This document shows, piece by piece, positions 30,027-43,970 of a DNA stretch of 64,000 nt; the stretch's first letter is position 1, and every line of letters begins with the position of its first letter. The notes under the pieces were generated by a model. That model did not search any database and had not been told where the DNA came from. It saw nothing but the letters and a program-made list of their open reading frames with translations. Origin of the DNA: Felis catus (lineage: Eukaryota). The stretch covers positions 234,424,001-234,488,000 of the forward strand of contig NC_058368.1 of NCBI RefSeq assembly GCF_018350175.1. The letters run 5' to 3'. A program made the position numbers and the translations under genes.

Positions 30027-31053
30027 TAGATCTTCTTCCGTCTTAACGTTTAATGCCGTGTGGCTTTCTTTTTACTGTCATTTTCCAGAGGGCTTTGTGG
30101 AAATGGGATTGGTGGTGTCTTAGCACGCTAAGGGTCAGAGGCATCCGTTACATTGTCCTGCTTCCCCAGGCCTCCGTGGGGGGAGGGGGGGTGCTCTGTG
30201 GGTGCTGGGGCCTGGCCGTCCTGTGCGGAGGCACAGGGCACTCACTCACCAGCACAGGCCGTCAGGTTCGTTTGGCATCGAATCAGCCAGCTTGAAGCAG
30301 GCTGCTTTCCTAGCCCGCCAAAAAAGGTTGTTGGTCATGTTGTTTGGGTATTTCATAAACTTTCCACTTCAAGTTATTCTGGTGATGTTTTCACCTAAGA
30401 ATAAAAATAATCCCACCAGGGGTGCTAAGTTTTCTTTTCATTCTTGTTGTTTATTACGTGTTCACTGTTTCTGGCTCAATTTGCACACACACTGCACCCA
30501 CGAAGTTACTGTGGTTCTGTGGTTCTGTGTTTTCTGTTCGGAACGGAAGGGCGTAAAACGTGCTGGGTGGACGCGGTGTCCCGTGGTCTCGGGCAGGAGC
30601 CGCACCTGAAGTAGACGCGATCGCAGGGACGAGGGCACCGTCTTGTTTTCTTCTTCGTCTTCATCCTGCAGGGGGGTGGTGGCAGTCTCGTTGTTGACGG
30701 TTCTCACGTGTGTGTCATGCTGTTTCTGGAAGTTGGAGCAGTTACGTGTTTTGTCTCAAATTTTGAGGATTCACCCGTAGTTTTCCCCATCCCCCTGCTG
30801 CTGAGAGACACGGAGAGGCTTCCCGGAAATGCCTGAGGGTCCCACCCGTCCTCCGCCAGGCTGCGTGGACCGCCCACTCGGTGCCGGGCTTGCCAGAGGC
30901 TGCGTGTCCGGGTACAAAGAGTCCCCATCTCCGCACGGAGGTCCTCGAGGCCAGGAGTGCAGGCTGTGTGTTGCTGGCCGTCCACAGTGCCGGACACGCA
31001 GACGGCGTCCGTTGACCGGCAGCCTGGCCCACGCTTGTCTGTCTCTTTTCCAG

Positions 31054-31093
31054 CCAAGGGGAGCATCGTCCTGAAGTACGAGCCGGACCCCAC
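31054..31093 (+). CDS. NSUN2: NSUN2 exon 18 (AKGSIVLKYEPDPT)
   Basis: TTTTCCAG acceptor; AC|GTAAGT donor; 40 nt; joins the phases of exons 17 and 19. Confidence 0.93.
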
Positions 31094-32814
31094 GTAAGTG
31101 CGGGCGCTCCTGTCAGCGGAGGGTGGGGGGGTCTGTGGGTGGCCGTGGGGCCTGTTGGGAACGTGCTCCTGAAGACGGCCTTGTGGGAACTTGAGGACAA
31201 GCGTTCCGGTACGTCATCTTCTCCTAGAACGTTCAGCTTCTACCTAGAGAATTAAACGTATAGAACTTTCTCCCTGTGCCTGGGAAATCTAGCCCTGATT
31301 TCTGTCTCCCGCAGAAGGAGCATACAGGTTGAACAGTCAGGAGATGTGGAGTCCTGTCTCTACTGAGGGGTCGGCCAGTGTCCGTGGGTTTCTTGTCACG
31401 CGTCAGGCAGCGTTGTTCGAAGGCAGGGTGTGGGGTTTTGCTGAAGCAGACAGCTCACTCACTGACCGCTGTTCCTTGGCGGCCCTCGCGTGCCCGCGGA
31501 CACTAGGTCCCGTGGGCAGCACTTGCTGGAAGCGGGGCTAGGAGCCCAGGGGGCGTGGCCAGTGCACCCCGTTAGGTAGAGGGGAGTGAGGATTTGCACC
31601 CAGGGCCGCTTTCTCAAGTAAAACCCCTCTTCCAGGAGGAGGAAGAACACGGGGCTGGAGAGGGGTTTGCAGGAGAGCTTAGGTGGGGCCACGGGCGGTG
31701 TTCGGGGAGGTGTGTTTGGCCTGACTCTGGGTGGTGACGAGGAAGCTGAGAAGCACCCGTCCGGGGGATGGAACGGGCCGGAAGGCAGCCTGGGTGGAGC
31801 TTGCGGAGGTGGGGCAGGCCCCAGCACCCTGCAGGGTCTCCATGGCCTCCGGCTGCTGTGAAGACGGTGGCCCAAGCTGTGCGGCATCGGGCAGCAGGGG
31901 AGTGGGAGGCGGGTGCCGGGGACCAAGGGTTGGTGCGTCTGGGGCTGGTGCAGACAAGGTGGGTTGTGGGGGCAAAGGCACGGGAGCTCGTGGGTCGGCT
32001 TCTGGCTTTTGACTGGGCAGGTGTCGTCTGATGAAGGGGGAAGTGAAGGCAGAGCTCACCTGCTGGGTCGGAACGTGCTGGAGACACTGGCAGGCCGCCG
32101 CTCACACGCTTTGGGAAGCGAGGGGACTCGGAGTCCCAGGTGTGGACCTTCAGGGCCCGAGCGTGTTGATGCCGCGTCCGCCACAAGCACGGTGCCGGAG
32201 CTCTGGAGGGCGGTGTAGACGGGAACCAGGGTTCGCGGGCTCTTGGGCCAGCATCCGAGGTCCGCATCTGTGAAACGGGCACAAAAGGGAGGGGCACGAA
32301 GCAGGACAGAGGAGACCCAGGCACACGCCGAGCCGCGGAGCGCCCGTGTCGACCTCACTTGCCAGGTGTCTTCTGCGCACGACGGAGACGGGCTTCCCTG
32401 GTGCAGCCGGGCCAGGAGGTGGTTTAGGTGGGAGACGCCTCGCCCGCTCCCGGACCCCCGGAAGGTCCACGGAAAGGAAAAAGGAAGGGCCAGTAGTGTC
32501 GGGAACAGGGGACGGTTTCGCAGAACCGCTCAGACAAGGACCCGGATGTGGTGTTTAGCAATAGTGACGCCAGGTGCTTCTCCCGTGCTGACCTGTTGTA
32601 CGAGCGGAAAGACAGCTGCGGGGATCACTGGGGAGAAAGCGCAGAAAAAGCAAGTGGGAGTTTGGGAATCCGGTCGATTCCTCTCATCCTTCTTACCAAC
32701 GTGCTGTCCACGTTTCCCCGCCCCCCGCCACCCCCCTGGAGAGACGGACACGGGTGTCCTTCCCTCTCTTGGTAGCGGCTTGTTTCTCGTGTTGGTTCAG
32801 CCCCTTTTTCTGTT

Positions 32815-33440
32815 TGTTTTTATTTCTTTTTCATTGTTAATTTTTGAGAGACCGAGCACGAGCAGGGGAGGGGCAGAGAGGGAGGGAGACACAGAATCCG
32901 AAGCAGCCTCCAGGCTCCGAGCTGTCCCTACAGAGCCTGACGTGGGGCTCGAACCTACGAGCAGTGAGACCATGACCTGAGCTGAAGTCAGATGCTTAAC
33001 TGGCTGAGCCACCCAGGCACCCCTAAAATTTTTTTGTTTTAATGTTTATTTATTCTTTGCGAGAGAAAGAGAGAGCACAAGCAGGGGAGGGGCAGAGAGA
33101 GAGGGAGACACAGAATCCAAAGCAGGCTCCAGGCTCATGAGCTGTCAGCACAGGACCTGACGTGGCTTGAATTCACGAGAGCTGTGAGATCATGACCTGA
33201 GCTGAAGTCAGACGCTTAATCGACTAAGTCACCCGGGTGCCCAATATTTATTTTTGAGAGAGAAGGAGAGTGAGCGAGCAGGGGAGGGGCAGAGAGGGAG
33301 GGAGACACAGAATCCGAAGCAGGCTCCAGGCTCTGAGCTGTCAGCCCAGGACCCAACGCGGGGCTTGAACTCACGGACCGCGAGATCATGACCTGAGCCC
33401 AAGTTGGACACTCAACGGATCGAGCCACCCGGGAGCCTCC
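32815..33440 (-). mobile_element. Three tandem CAN-SINEs (~32815-33023, 33028-33242, 33246-33440)
   Basis: Three consecutive bodies in the same orientation. Confidence 0.93.
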
Positions 33441-34202
33441 CTGTTTGCTTTTTTAACCTAGAGTGTGTTCCTCTCTCCGCCCACGTCACTGATGCCTGGC
33501 GTCGCACGGCGGTGGGACGTGGGGTTAATGGAGCGGGGCTTTAGGAGCCCTAAAACCAGACCAGAGTCTGGTTTGAAAGGCGGCGATGATTGCGTAGTGC
33601 TCGTCAGGGACACGGGGGCGGGACAGTCACTGCCACGCCAGCCGAGGAAAGGCCAGCAGGTGGGCAGGGGTCTGAGGCGGATCCCCGGACTGCGGGAGGC
33701 GGTGACCCAGTGGGCTGGAAACAAGTGAGCACGGTGCGTGGGGGCCCCGCGCTGCTCTGCGGGGTGGGGGGGGGGCCAAAGAGACTCGGGGTCACCTGGA
33801 CCGAGGTAGGGGAAGCACTGAGGGTGGCTAGGAAGGGCTGTGTGGCTCCAGGCCCGGCTCTGCAACCTGCAAGGAGCCTCGTCTCCGACGATGGGCGGGG
33901 AGGCCCCGGGCAGCCGTGCCTGTTGTCGGTGGTGTGAGGTGTGACCCGTGTTCGCATTTGAGCAGCTGGAAGAATCTAGAGATTCTGGCATCGGCAGTGT
34001 GTGTGAACTCTGGATTTGGGGCTTATTCCACTGGGAGCTTGTAGAAAGAAAAACCGGCCAACGCGAGGATGTCGAGGATATTTAGGACGTGAGGAAGTCG
34101 CTGATCGGCCTTTGAGAAAACCTTCCGTAGGATCACAGACTAAAATGCCCCCCGGGGTTTGGGCATGTTGTTTCTGGAGAGGTTGCGTGTTCCCCTCTCT
34201 AG

Positions 34203-34541
<339 letters not shown>

Positions 34542-34985
34542 GGAGGCCTCCACCTTGGTGCCCAGAGCCAAACCCGGAGCTTCTGACCCACAAAGTGCAT
34601 ATTTTTGAAAACTGGTGGAAATGATAGAACAGTCTGTAAATGACCTCAGTGCTGCTTTCACGATACTTTTTTAGCCCGTTTACGGTTTCTTTGGCAAAGC
34701 TGGTCCATGGTGCGTGTTTCAGGCAGTCGTAGACTCTCACCGTTAAGGTCTTAAACTTCTATCGAGAAACAAAACTGCCCTTGAAGGAATTTTCAGGTCC
34801 CTTTTGTTACGCCTCTATTGGGCTTAATTATTGTTTTAATTATTATTTATAGAAAGAATCTAACTCCTGAATCGTCGGAAGACCGTTTTGTAAACCTTAA
34901 TAGCTGTGAAGTTGCACGTTAACAGTGTGACGTTCACATGCGGTGGGCTAATATCTGAAGCCTCAGATGACTTGTGTGCCTTCGT

Positions 34986-35002
34986 AATAAAAGTCAAATA
35001 AA
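34986..35002 (+). terminator. NSUN2: NSUN2 polyadenylation signals (two AATAAA), 3' UTR ~34542-35020
   Basis: AATAAA at 34986 and 34997; GT/T-rich tract downstream at ~35050-35070. Confidence 0.8.
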
Positions 35003-36477
35003 CTTTTCTCAGAGGAAGAGCTGTCTCGTGGGCTGTGGTACTAACTCTGAGAGTTTTGTGTGCTTTTATTGAATGGGGGATGTTGCGGTTTTAGTCTTTA
35101 AGTGGGGTTGGGATCCTTGGAACGTTTAAATAAATTGTTGATGACGATGTGTATGTGCGAATGAACCGTTTCAGTCTTCAGGAGGCGGAAGGACTAAACT
35201 TCCTTTTGGGCAAATGGAGATGGTAGAATTCACGCATTCTTAGCTGGTCAAAGGACTTTTAGCGTGAAGGTGTCACGAAGGTGTCACAAAGCGCTCCTGT
35301 GGGCTTCGCCCTCCTTGTGCCAGAGGGTCCGGTCGGTCGGGTCACAGGAGGTGTGGGCTTGGCTGGGGGCTCACCTGGGCCCCTGGGGCACCGTGGTTCC
35401 CAGCCTGCAGGTGATACACTTCAGGCAGGCGCTGCAGGGGACCCTTTACCTCAGTCGCTTCCTGAGTTCCTGCCACGTGCCAGGCAAGGTCCTGGGGCTG
35501 GCGGCGAGGGTTTTCCAGAAGTGTGATGGTTGTGAGAAAGGAGAGTGTGGTGTGGAGAACCGTCAGGCCCCTGCCCCCTCGCTGGCCCAGTTGTTACCAT
35601 CTTAGTATATCGGAGCGCCCGCTGATTCCCCTCCCCCACCCACCTCTTTGAATCACAACTCCAAGATGAGGACCTTTTTTCTCTGTGGCAAATGACCCCG
35701 TGTCCTCCTGCGGCACCTGGTAGGTGGTTGCAGCATAAATGTTAGCGTTGACGTTGACGTCAGATGACCCTCAGTCCTGGGCCCCCATCCCGCCTGTCGG
35801 CCCGGTCCAGCTGTCCCGCCTTTCGAGTCCCTTCCGATGCGGAGCGGCTGTCTGTCCTCCGTGATCGTGACATTTTCGGGGGTCACAGGTCAGTTACCTT
35901 GTGGACTGCTTCGGTTTTGGTCTGTGTCCTGTGTTCAGCAAGAATACCGCAGAGGAGCTCCGCTCGCTCACTGGGACGTGGGACGAGGCCCTCGTGGACT
36001 TGTCCGCCTCCTGGTAGGTTGCCCGTGGTTGTCCGTGGTTCGCGTGGCGTGTGCTGGCCTCATGTCCCCACGAGAAGGTCCCGCACTCTGCCGGGAGACG
36101 CCGCAGGACTGCGTGCACCTGTTCCGTACCAGGCTTCCCGGCTGCAGCGTCTCCGGGCGGTCTGTCCCCCACCGCTCTGCCACGTTACTGGTTTGTCCTC
36201 AACGTTCCTTGTTCCTCCTCCTCCTCCTCCGGTCACTTCACGTTCATTTATGTATATCCCTGATGTTGTTGCCCACCTTGTCCCCGAAATGGCTGCTGGG
36301 AGCCGCTTCCACTTGGTCCCCCTGGCCTTGCACACGCACCCATCATGCTGCTTTCTCATACGGTGAGATGCCAGGTCCTGGAGTCACCCCTGGGGAGCCC
36401 CCGCTTTCACGGAGCACAGTGGTTGGAAACCAAGATCTGGAGGTAGGTGTGTGCATAGCTACTGAGGTGTCATTTCT

Positions 36478-36686
36478 TTTTTATTTAAAAAAAAATTTTT
36501 TTTTTAACGTTTACTTGTTTTTGAGAGAGAGCGAGGGGGAGAGGAGCAGAGAGAGGGGAAGACGGAATCCGAAGCAGCCTCCAGGTTCTGAGCCGTCAGC
36601 ACCGAGCCTGATGTGGGGCTTGAACTCACAGACTGACCTGAGCCGCAGTCAGATGCTCAACCGACAGAGAGCCTCCCAGGCGCCCC
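36478..36686 (-). mobile_element. CAN-SINE
   Basis: Body with small deletion; degenerate TSD GAGG(T/G)GTC(A/G)TTTCTT. Confidence 0.88.
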
Positions 36687-38121
36687 ACGAGGGGTCGTTT
36701 CTTACGAACCACACAGAACTAGGAATTAAATGTGTCTGTGGACACACGCCCTGCACGCATACAAACGCACACACGTCACACCAGTACAGCAGATGTCAGC
36801 CCCACACCCAGGCTTCTGCTGTCTGAGTGCGTCGCTCCCAATGGAGAAGCCCGGGGACCCAGGGCACCACAGCCCAGAGACACAAGGCCAGCTTCCTGCG
36901 GTGTCTCTCTGGTGCCCCCTACAGACCCAGTGCAGCGCGGGGCCAGCTGGCAAAGAGCATTTCAAGGGCGCAGACCTTTGGATGGAGGGCAGTGACTGGC
37001 GTAGAGCCCTGAGACCCAAAGTGATTACTAATTCGTGGCTCATTTAATCCAACAACCTAATAGAGGCGGAGGGGTGTGACTAACCTTACTTACAGGTAAG
37101 AAAACTGAAGCAGTAATGTCACAGGAGAAGTGACAGAAGACAGGAGTGCAGTTTTTAAAGAAGTCTTGGCCAGCAGAAGTAGAGCCAGTTGGTCTGTACG
37201 TGGGGGTCTCTGCCTTGAATTACATCCCTTTTAACGGGCCGTCCGCAGTGCAGCAGCCACGCTGTCGTGACTTTCAAGACTTTAGCCGCTTTTCGAAATT
37301 GCCAGAAATGAAGGAATCTGCAGAGGGACAAGTGTCCTATTTATATATGTATGGTTTTGTTTTGTTTTTTAATTAAGGCTATTTAAAATCTCTAAGTTTT
37401 TTTTGGTCACATGTAAACTTCACTTTCATCAAAGCACAGAATAATTAGGGTCTGTCTGGGTTGAGATGTGAATTGAATCCACACGTATAATTTTGCTGCT
37501 TCCCAAACCCGAGGACAACTACACGAACGGAATTAAACGCAGGGAAGGGGAGTGCGGCACGGTGCGGTTCGGGAAGCTGGCAAGCAGATGGGCAGGCGGT
37601 TCCGCAGAAGCAAGGGCAGAGCCCCGGAGAGGCGGTCCTGCGTCCCTCAGAGTTCGAAGTGTCAGACCCGGCCGGGTTTGCGAGCGGCCGGTTCCGGGGG
37701 TCCCTCCTCCGCACTGCTGGCCTGGGGGCGAGCGGCTGTCTGCACGCCCCTCTTCCCTCCACTCCCAGCATGCTTCGGGCAGCCAGAACCTCGCTTTCCC
37801 AGCTGACATCATTGGAAGACGCTGTTCTGGAACCTGTCCAGCTCCAGAGAAAAGACCTAAAGATAGTGGCCTCCCTGCCGCATCTCTCAAGGTACAGCCT
37901 GTCACGTCCCCGCAGAGAGGACGGGTTGTTCCAACTCAGTGCTGCTCATCCCGGATGGCACGGAGCCCCCCTCTTCATCAGGGGCAGACGGCCGGGATCG
38001 GGGACACCTGGCAGCAGCTGCTGGCACCGAATACGGGGATCAGAGCAAACAGGGAAAAGCAGCTAGGAAGAGGCAGAGACGTGCAGGGAGCAGGAACGTT
38101 TTTAAAAATCCCCGTTACTTA

Positions 38122-38280
38122 GGGGCGCCTGGGTGGCTCAGTCGGTTGAGCATCCGACTTCAGCTCAGGTTACGATCTCGTGGTTCATGAGTTCAAGCCC
38201 CGCATCGGGCTCTGTGCTGACAGCTCGGAGCCTGGAGCCTGCAGCTTGCTCTGGATTCCGTGTCTCCCTCTCTCTCTGCT

Positions 38281-38317
<37 letters not shown>

Positions 38318-38660
38318 AAATAAATAAACATTAAATTTTTTTTTTAATTTAAAATCCCTGTTACTGAAAAATAAGCTGGACGAAGCCTGATGAGACCCTT
38401 TAAAAAAAAGGTGTAGAGGCGCCTGGGTGGCTCAGTCGGTTGGGTGTCCGACTTCGGCTCGGGTCATGATCTTGCAGTCCATGAGTTCGAGCCCCGCGTC
38501 GGGCTCTGTGCTGACAGCTCGGAGCCTGGAGCCTGTTTCAGATTCTGTGTCTCCCTCTCTCTCTGACCTTCCCCCATTCATGCTTTGTCTCTGTCTTGGA
38601 GGTGAATAAACATTAAAAAAAAAAAATTTAAAAGAAAAAATAAAATAAATAAAATAAAAA
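38122..38660 (+). mobile_element. Two CAN-SINEs (38122-38347 and 38416-38660)
   Basis: Full bodies; TSDs AAAATCCC(C/T)GTTACT and AAAAAGGTGT. Confidence 0.92.
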
Positions 38661-39371
38661 GGTGTTGCTGACATGAACAATTACACTGAAGGTTTTTCCT
38701 CCAATTTTAATCGACGACGTGGCAGCACGGCTTCTCCCGAAAGAAGGCATTGCAGGTGGCAGATGTGGCTGAAGAAGGGCTCTCGTCCACGGACCGCCAG
38801 GTTGCGCGGGCCCGGGACGCCTCTGGATGGACCCACGGGCCAGGGGATCGCTGTTCTTGCAGGTGGGCTGGAGGACAGGTTTTTCACTGAAGACCTTCTG
38901 TGCCCTTTGAACTTCGGAATCCCGATTGAGACGAATAAAAGAAATTTCCTAGAAAAGGACGGCAAATGTGCAACGTGCGTCCCCAGTGCCATTCGCTGGG
39001 ACGTCGTTTACGGTAGCAGAAAACCCGGAAGACCCTGGATTCCCCGAGGGGCTCTGGTGAGATGAGCATGGCATCGCCACCACTGGGCACGTGCTAGAAA
39101 TGAAGGGGTCGCCAAGAAACGTAAGAGACGAAGGCCGGGTGCGCAAAGTGTGTTTACTCCGCCGCCCTTTGTGTGAGCAGGAAGAAGCACACGCTTACAC
39201 ACGCTCGAACTTCGGAAAGTGCGTCAGCTGACTCAGGAAGGGTACGGAAGAAGTTGACCGTTGTGGTTGCCTTGCGGGAGGGGATCTAGGTGGGCCGAGG
39301 CCCAAGGTCAGGATGGGGACTTTGAACACTGAACCATGGGAGTGTTGGACACATTCAGAAAATGAATTTAA

Positions 39372-39571
39372 GGGGGCGAGTGGGTGGCTCAGTTAAGTGA
39401 GTGTCCAACATCGGCTCAGGTCATGAGCTCACAGTTTGTTGGTTCGAGCCCCGTGTCGGATTCTGTGCTGACAGCTCAGAGCCTGAAGCCTGCTTCGGAT
39501 TCTGTGTCCCCCTCTCTCGCTGCCCCTTCCCTGCTCTCTCGCTCTGTCTTTCAAGAATAAACATTAAAAAA
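39372..39571 (+). mobile_element. CAN-SINE
   Basis: Full body; TSD AAT(G/A)AATTTAAG. Confidence 0.9.
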
Positions 39572-40619
39572 TGTTTTTTTTGTCAATAAATTTAAGTGAC
39601 GCAGAAAGGGTGCCGTGCCTATGAGTCCAGAGGGCACCCGTGACCCATGGGTCGTGTTTCACACCAGAAAATCCAATTCCGTCCTCAGCACTTCTCAGGA
39701 AACAGATCTCCAGCTGCCCTTCTGGGTATCTGTGGCACGTGGTGAGTGGCGTGGCATGGAGGGTGGGCCCCTGGAGGCAGTCGTTCACGTTGAATCCTGT
39801 CTCTGCCGCCCACCCCCGGGGGTAACCGCTTCCCAGACTGCCCCCCGTGATCCCGCCCCTGGCACCCCCTCTGTGTGCTCAGGCTGGACCTGGTGAGTGG
39901 CTTCCAAGTCAGGACGGATGGCACACGGACTTCTAATGTAAGGTTTAGAGGCGGTGGCTTCTGTCCTGCTAGAACTCCCTGGCGGAGTCCAGAGTCCCAA
40001 GACCATTCTTAGGTTCCATGGTTCCCCCGTACTCAGACTGGTTGGGCTCCCAGCCCCGATTTGTACCGGGAAGGAGTGCAGACTCAGAGGGAAGGGGGCG
40101 CGGGGTGACCTCCAGGAGAAACCAGGCCCCACGGTGCAAGAGCCCCGGCCCAGGGGAGTCGCGCAGCACACGCTTGGCTCACCCAGCAGGACGGGACGGC
40201 GTGTGTGAAATGTCTACCGGGGAAGCTCACGAGAGACTCCACACTGGGGCCGCACAGGCACGTGGAAAGCTCCAGAGCTCCCCCAGCAAAGCAGGTGCCC
40301 TGTGTATCTTCAGCGTGAGCGGTTCGGGCACAGCAAACCCTCCTTATCCGTTAGGGTGGGGAGACACTCCCCAAATCCACATTTCCAGATGCCGACCAAC
40401 GGCCGGCCTCGTACCGGCACCTTCCGAGGATGGCGGTTTCGGCCCTGCTGTGCCGACCCTTCCCCGCACTGGCTCAGTCACCGATGGAGTGAGCGCCTCG
40501 TGGAGAACAGGAACCGATGAAGGCCCTTCCGTCCCTCAAGCCCTGTGCGCCTGAATCCTGCCAACAGCCGTGTACGTGAGCTTGGAAGTGGGTCCTTCCT
40601 GAGCAGAGTCTTTGTTTTT

Positions 40620-41080
40620 TGTAGTTTTTAAAAAAATGTGAGTACAGTTGACACGCGATTCTCCATTAGTTTCAGGTGTATGACATAGTGACGTGACAAG
40701 TTTATTCGTCATGCGATGCTCCCCGCAAGCGTGGCCGCCGTCTGTGCCCCTCCTTGAGAGGACCGCAGCCTCGGGAGAGGCCTTGAAGCTGAAGACCCAC
40801 CCCCCACCCCCCGCGAGCCACACCCAGATTCCTGACCCACAGAATCTGAGACGAGATGGTCCAAGCCCCCAGATGCTGGGGTGACCGTCGTGCGGCCGTA
40901 GACGACAGACACAGTAGGTTACTGACTGTGTGATCCTGGGCAAGTTTCTTAACGTCACCGGACCTCCCATTTCCTCATCTGTGAAATGAGCATAGCGATG
41001 GCACCCTCCCAATGGGGGGTGCTGAGCGCTGACTTTGTGACCGTGTGAGACATGCTGAGTGTAAACAGCCCTGGACAGCA
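40620..41080. mobile_element. Cluster of fragments: L1 3' end (minus, ~40620-40745), MLT1-like LTR end (~40770-40915), MIR (plus, ~40920-41080)
   Basis: ATTAGTTTCAGGTGTATGACATAGTGA; CCAGATTCCTGACCCACAGAA; CTGTGTGATCCTGGGCAAGTTTCTTAAC...CATTTCCTCATCTGTGAAATG. Confidence 0.65.
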
Positions 41081-41606
41081 AGCCTTTCAAGGTGGAGGCT
41101 GGGCTTTGGGGCTCAGGCCTTGGTTCCTTTTGGGATTGAGTAAAACCTTTTGATCAAGGGAGACCGGTCACGTGGGTGAAGTGAAATTGTGGGTTTTGCC
41201 CCCGCGGTCGGCTCCTGGGACGGTGCTGAGTCTCGGTGGTGCGGTCGGTCCCGGCGGTGGGGCCCTTACAACCGAGCGTCCGTGCGTGGTTCCTGTGCTC
41301 TCGCTCCCCTTCCTTCGGTTTGGGGACGGGGCGTTCAGGATGCATCTCCTAAGCGGCCAGGGGCGCACAGCCCAGGAGCTGGCCGCAGCAGCAAATACGG
41401 CCCCAGTCCCCGCCCCTCCCGCCCTCAGAGCCAAACTGCAGTAGTGAAGATTGCTTTAAACTCGTGGAGGAAAAACTAACAGAAACTGGTAAACGTTGGC
41501 CTCGCATTAAGAGTATCCAACCACCTGGGAAATAACGCAAATTTGTGTCCCGATTGGATTTTTGGTAAGATTGTTGTTGGCGTCTGGAGAAAGACTGCAC
41601 TTTAAA

Positions 41607-41829
41607 AAAAAAAAAAAACCTTTTTATGTTTGTTTATGTTGGAAGGGGGTGGGCAGACAGCGCATGAGCAGGGGAGGGGCAGAGAGAGAGGGAGACACAG
41701 AATCCGAAGCAGGCTCCAGGCTCCGAGCTGTCGGCAATGAGCCCCACATGGGGCTCGAACTCACGGACCGCGAGGTCATGACCTGAGCCGAAATCGGACG
41801 CTCAACGGACTGAGCCACCCAGGCGCCCC
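41607..41829 (-). mobile_element. CAN-SINE
   Basis: Full body; TSD GACTGCACT. Confidence 0.92.
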
Positions 41830-42834
41830 TGGACTGCACTCTTTAAAGTAAAATGGTAATAAAGTCTCTAAGTAGTTCCACCGGTTTTAAACGACGACAA
41901 CCACAAGAGTCCAGAGCGTACACCAAAGGGGTCTGTTCGGTACCCGTGGACGGCTACGCTTTTTAATAATCAGTCATCTCTCACTGATAGCATTGGATCC
42001 ATTTACATTTTGGGGCGGGGGGCTCTTCGAACTGTTAGACAAGCCACCCGTGCAGAAGAGTCACACAGTACATACAATGCGTAACCGTGCAGGCTTTTGC
42101 TCCCAGTGCTTTTGCTCCGGGACATCAAGTCTGGGTGGGTGAGGGAAGGCCAAGGTGAGCCGGACCGGCCTGCCTGGGAGGGAGGCCAGAGTTTGCATTA
42201 AGGCTGATTCAGCAGCGTTTTTGTTTCCGCAGGTTCCCCGGGGAGACGGACCGTGGGCTGGAGAGTTGCATGCGGGAGGTTTGGCTCCGTCCCCTGGGGT
42301 TGGGTCACACACACGCAGGTGCAGGCTCACATCTGCTCCGCCAGTGAGACCCGCTTGCCAACATGGCAGGAAGACCGAGAGAGGCACTGTGCCTTCCCAA
42401 GGGCCGGAGGAGAGAGTCACAAAATTGTATGAGTCCAACCAAGGACGGGGGGGAGGGGAAGAAGTTAGAGATGAGGAAACATAATAAACAGAAAACGCAA
42501 ATAGCTCAAAATAACGGAAACAGGACTGACTGTACTAATGGGAGGTGCGGGTGGGTTTTTTTGTTTCTTTGTGTGTTTTGAAGAGGTCGACGTGCAGAGG
42601 GCTCAGTATTTGAGGGGTTCCAGTCAATGGGCTGCCTCCAGCCCTATCCTCCTCCCGAGACCACCAGCGGGAAGACTGTCCTCCCAGGGAGGTGTCCCAC
42701 ACAGCAGACACGGGTCGATGTTCCCCCTATTAGATGCTGACATCTGTACAGAACGTTCAGCTGCCAGCTGTTTTCATTTGATAATAGAGCTCGGAGATTA
42801 CTTCCTATCAGTACATCAGGAGCTCTGATCATTG

Positions 42835-43047
42835 TTTAAAAATTATTTTTCTATTTTTTAAAGTTTATTTTGAGAGAGAGAGAGAAAGAGAGTGGGAGAG
42901 GAGCAGAGAGAGAGACCGAAAGAAGATTCAGCAGGCTCCACGGTCAGCACAGAGTTCGCCACGGGGCTTGAACCCAGACCCGGGGATCATGACCTGACCC
43001 AAAATGAAGAGTTGGACGCTCAACCTGCTGAGCCATTCAGATGCCCC
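42835..43047 (-). mobile_element. Older CAN-SINE
   Basis: Diverged body; AGGAGCTC on both sides. Confidence 0.85.
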
Positions 43048-43297
43048 AGGAGCTCCAATTCCTTCACCAGGTGCAGAGGGTCCTTTTAACCAGACCCTGT
43101 GAGCAGACACTTGGGGTGGTTCCAGTGTTTTGCTACTACCCAAAAATCTGTAGCGAATAACCGTACGTCTCATTTCCAATGTACATGCATGTGGACTAGG
43201 ATAATTCCTGGAAGTACTACTTGTTGGTCAAGGAGGACGTGCATTTTTAATTATAATAGGTATTACGTGTATCAATATTAATATCAAATAAAATGGG

Positions 43298-43970
43298 GGG
43301 GCGCCTGGGTGGCTCAGTCGGTTAAGCATCCGACTTCGGCTCAGGTCATGATCTCGCGGTCCGTGAGTTCGAGCCCCGCGTCAGGCTCTGTGCTGACAGC
43401 TCAGAGCCTGGAGCCTGTTTCAGATTCTGTGTCTCCCTCTCTCTCTGACCCTCCCCCGTTCATGCTGTCTCTCCCTGTCTCAAAAATAAATAAATGTTAA
43501 AAAAAAAAAGTTAAAAAAAATAAATAAATAAAAATAAAATGGAGTTTGTAGCAAGACACGTTAAATGGGAAAAACATGAATACTTTATAGGTTTTATACC
43601 AATGAATTGTAGAACATATTTTGTAAGAACAAACAACAGACTTTAAACCTTAAAGCAAAATACCGAAAACAAAGAAATATTACCAACAGAAGAAATTGGC
43701 AAGTCTACATTTATATTAAGAAATTTTGGGAAAAAAAAAATTTGGGGGGCGCCTGGGTGGTTCATTCGGTTAAGCATCTGACTTTGGCTCAGGTCATGAT
43801 CTCACGGTTGGTGGGTTCGAGCCCCGTGTCCGGCTCTGTGCTGACAGCTCAGAGCCTGGAGCCTGCTTCTGATTCTGTCTCCCTCTCTCTGCCCCTCCCC
43901 TGCTCACTCTCTGTCTCTCTGTCTCTCTGTCTCTTTCTCAAAAATAAACATTAAATTTTTTTTTAAAAAA
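43298..43970 (+). mobile_element. Two CAN-SINEs (43298-43531 and 43746-43970)
   Basis: Full bodies; TSDs AAATAAAATGG and AAGAAATTTT. Confidence 0.92.

Noticed and set aside
31459..33991. Many overlapping 100-245 aa ORFs in intron 18
   Set aside because: GC-rich low-complexity intron and SINE sequence with no recognisable domain
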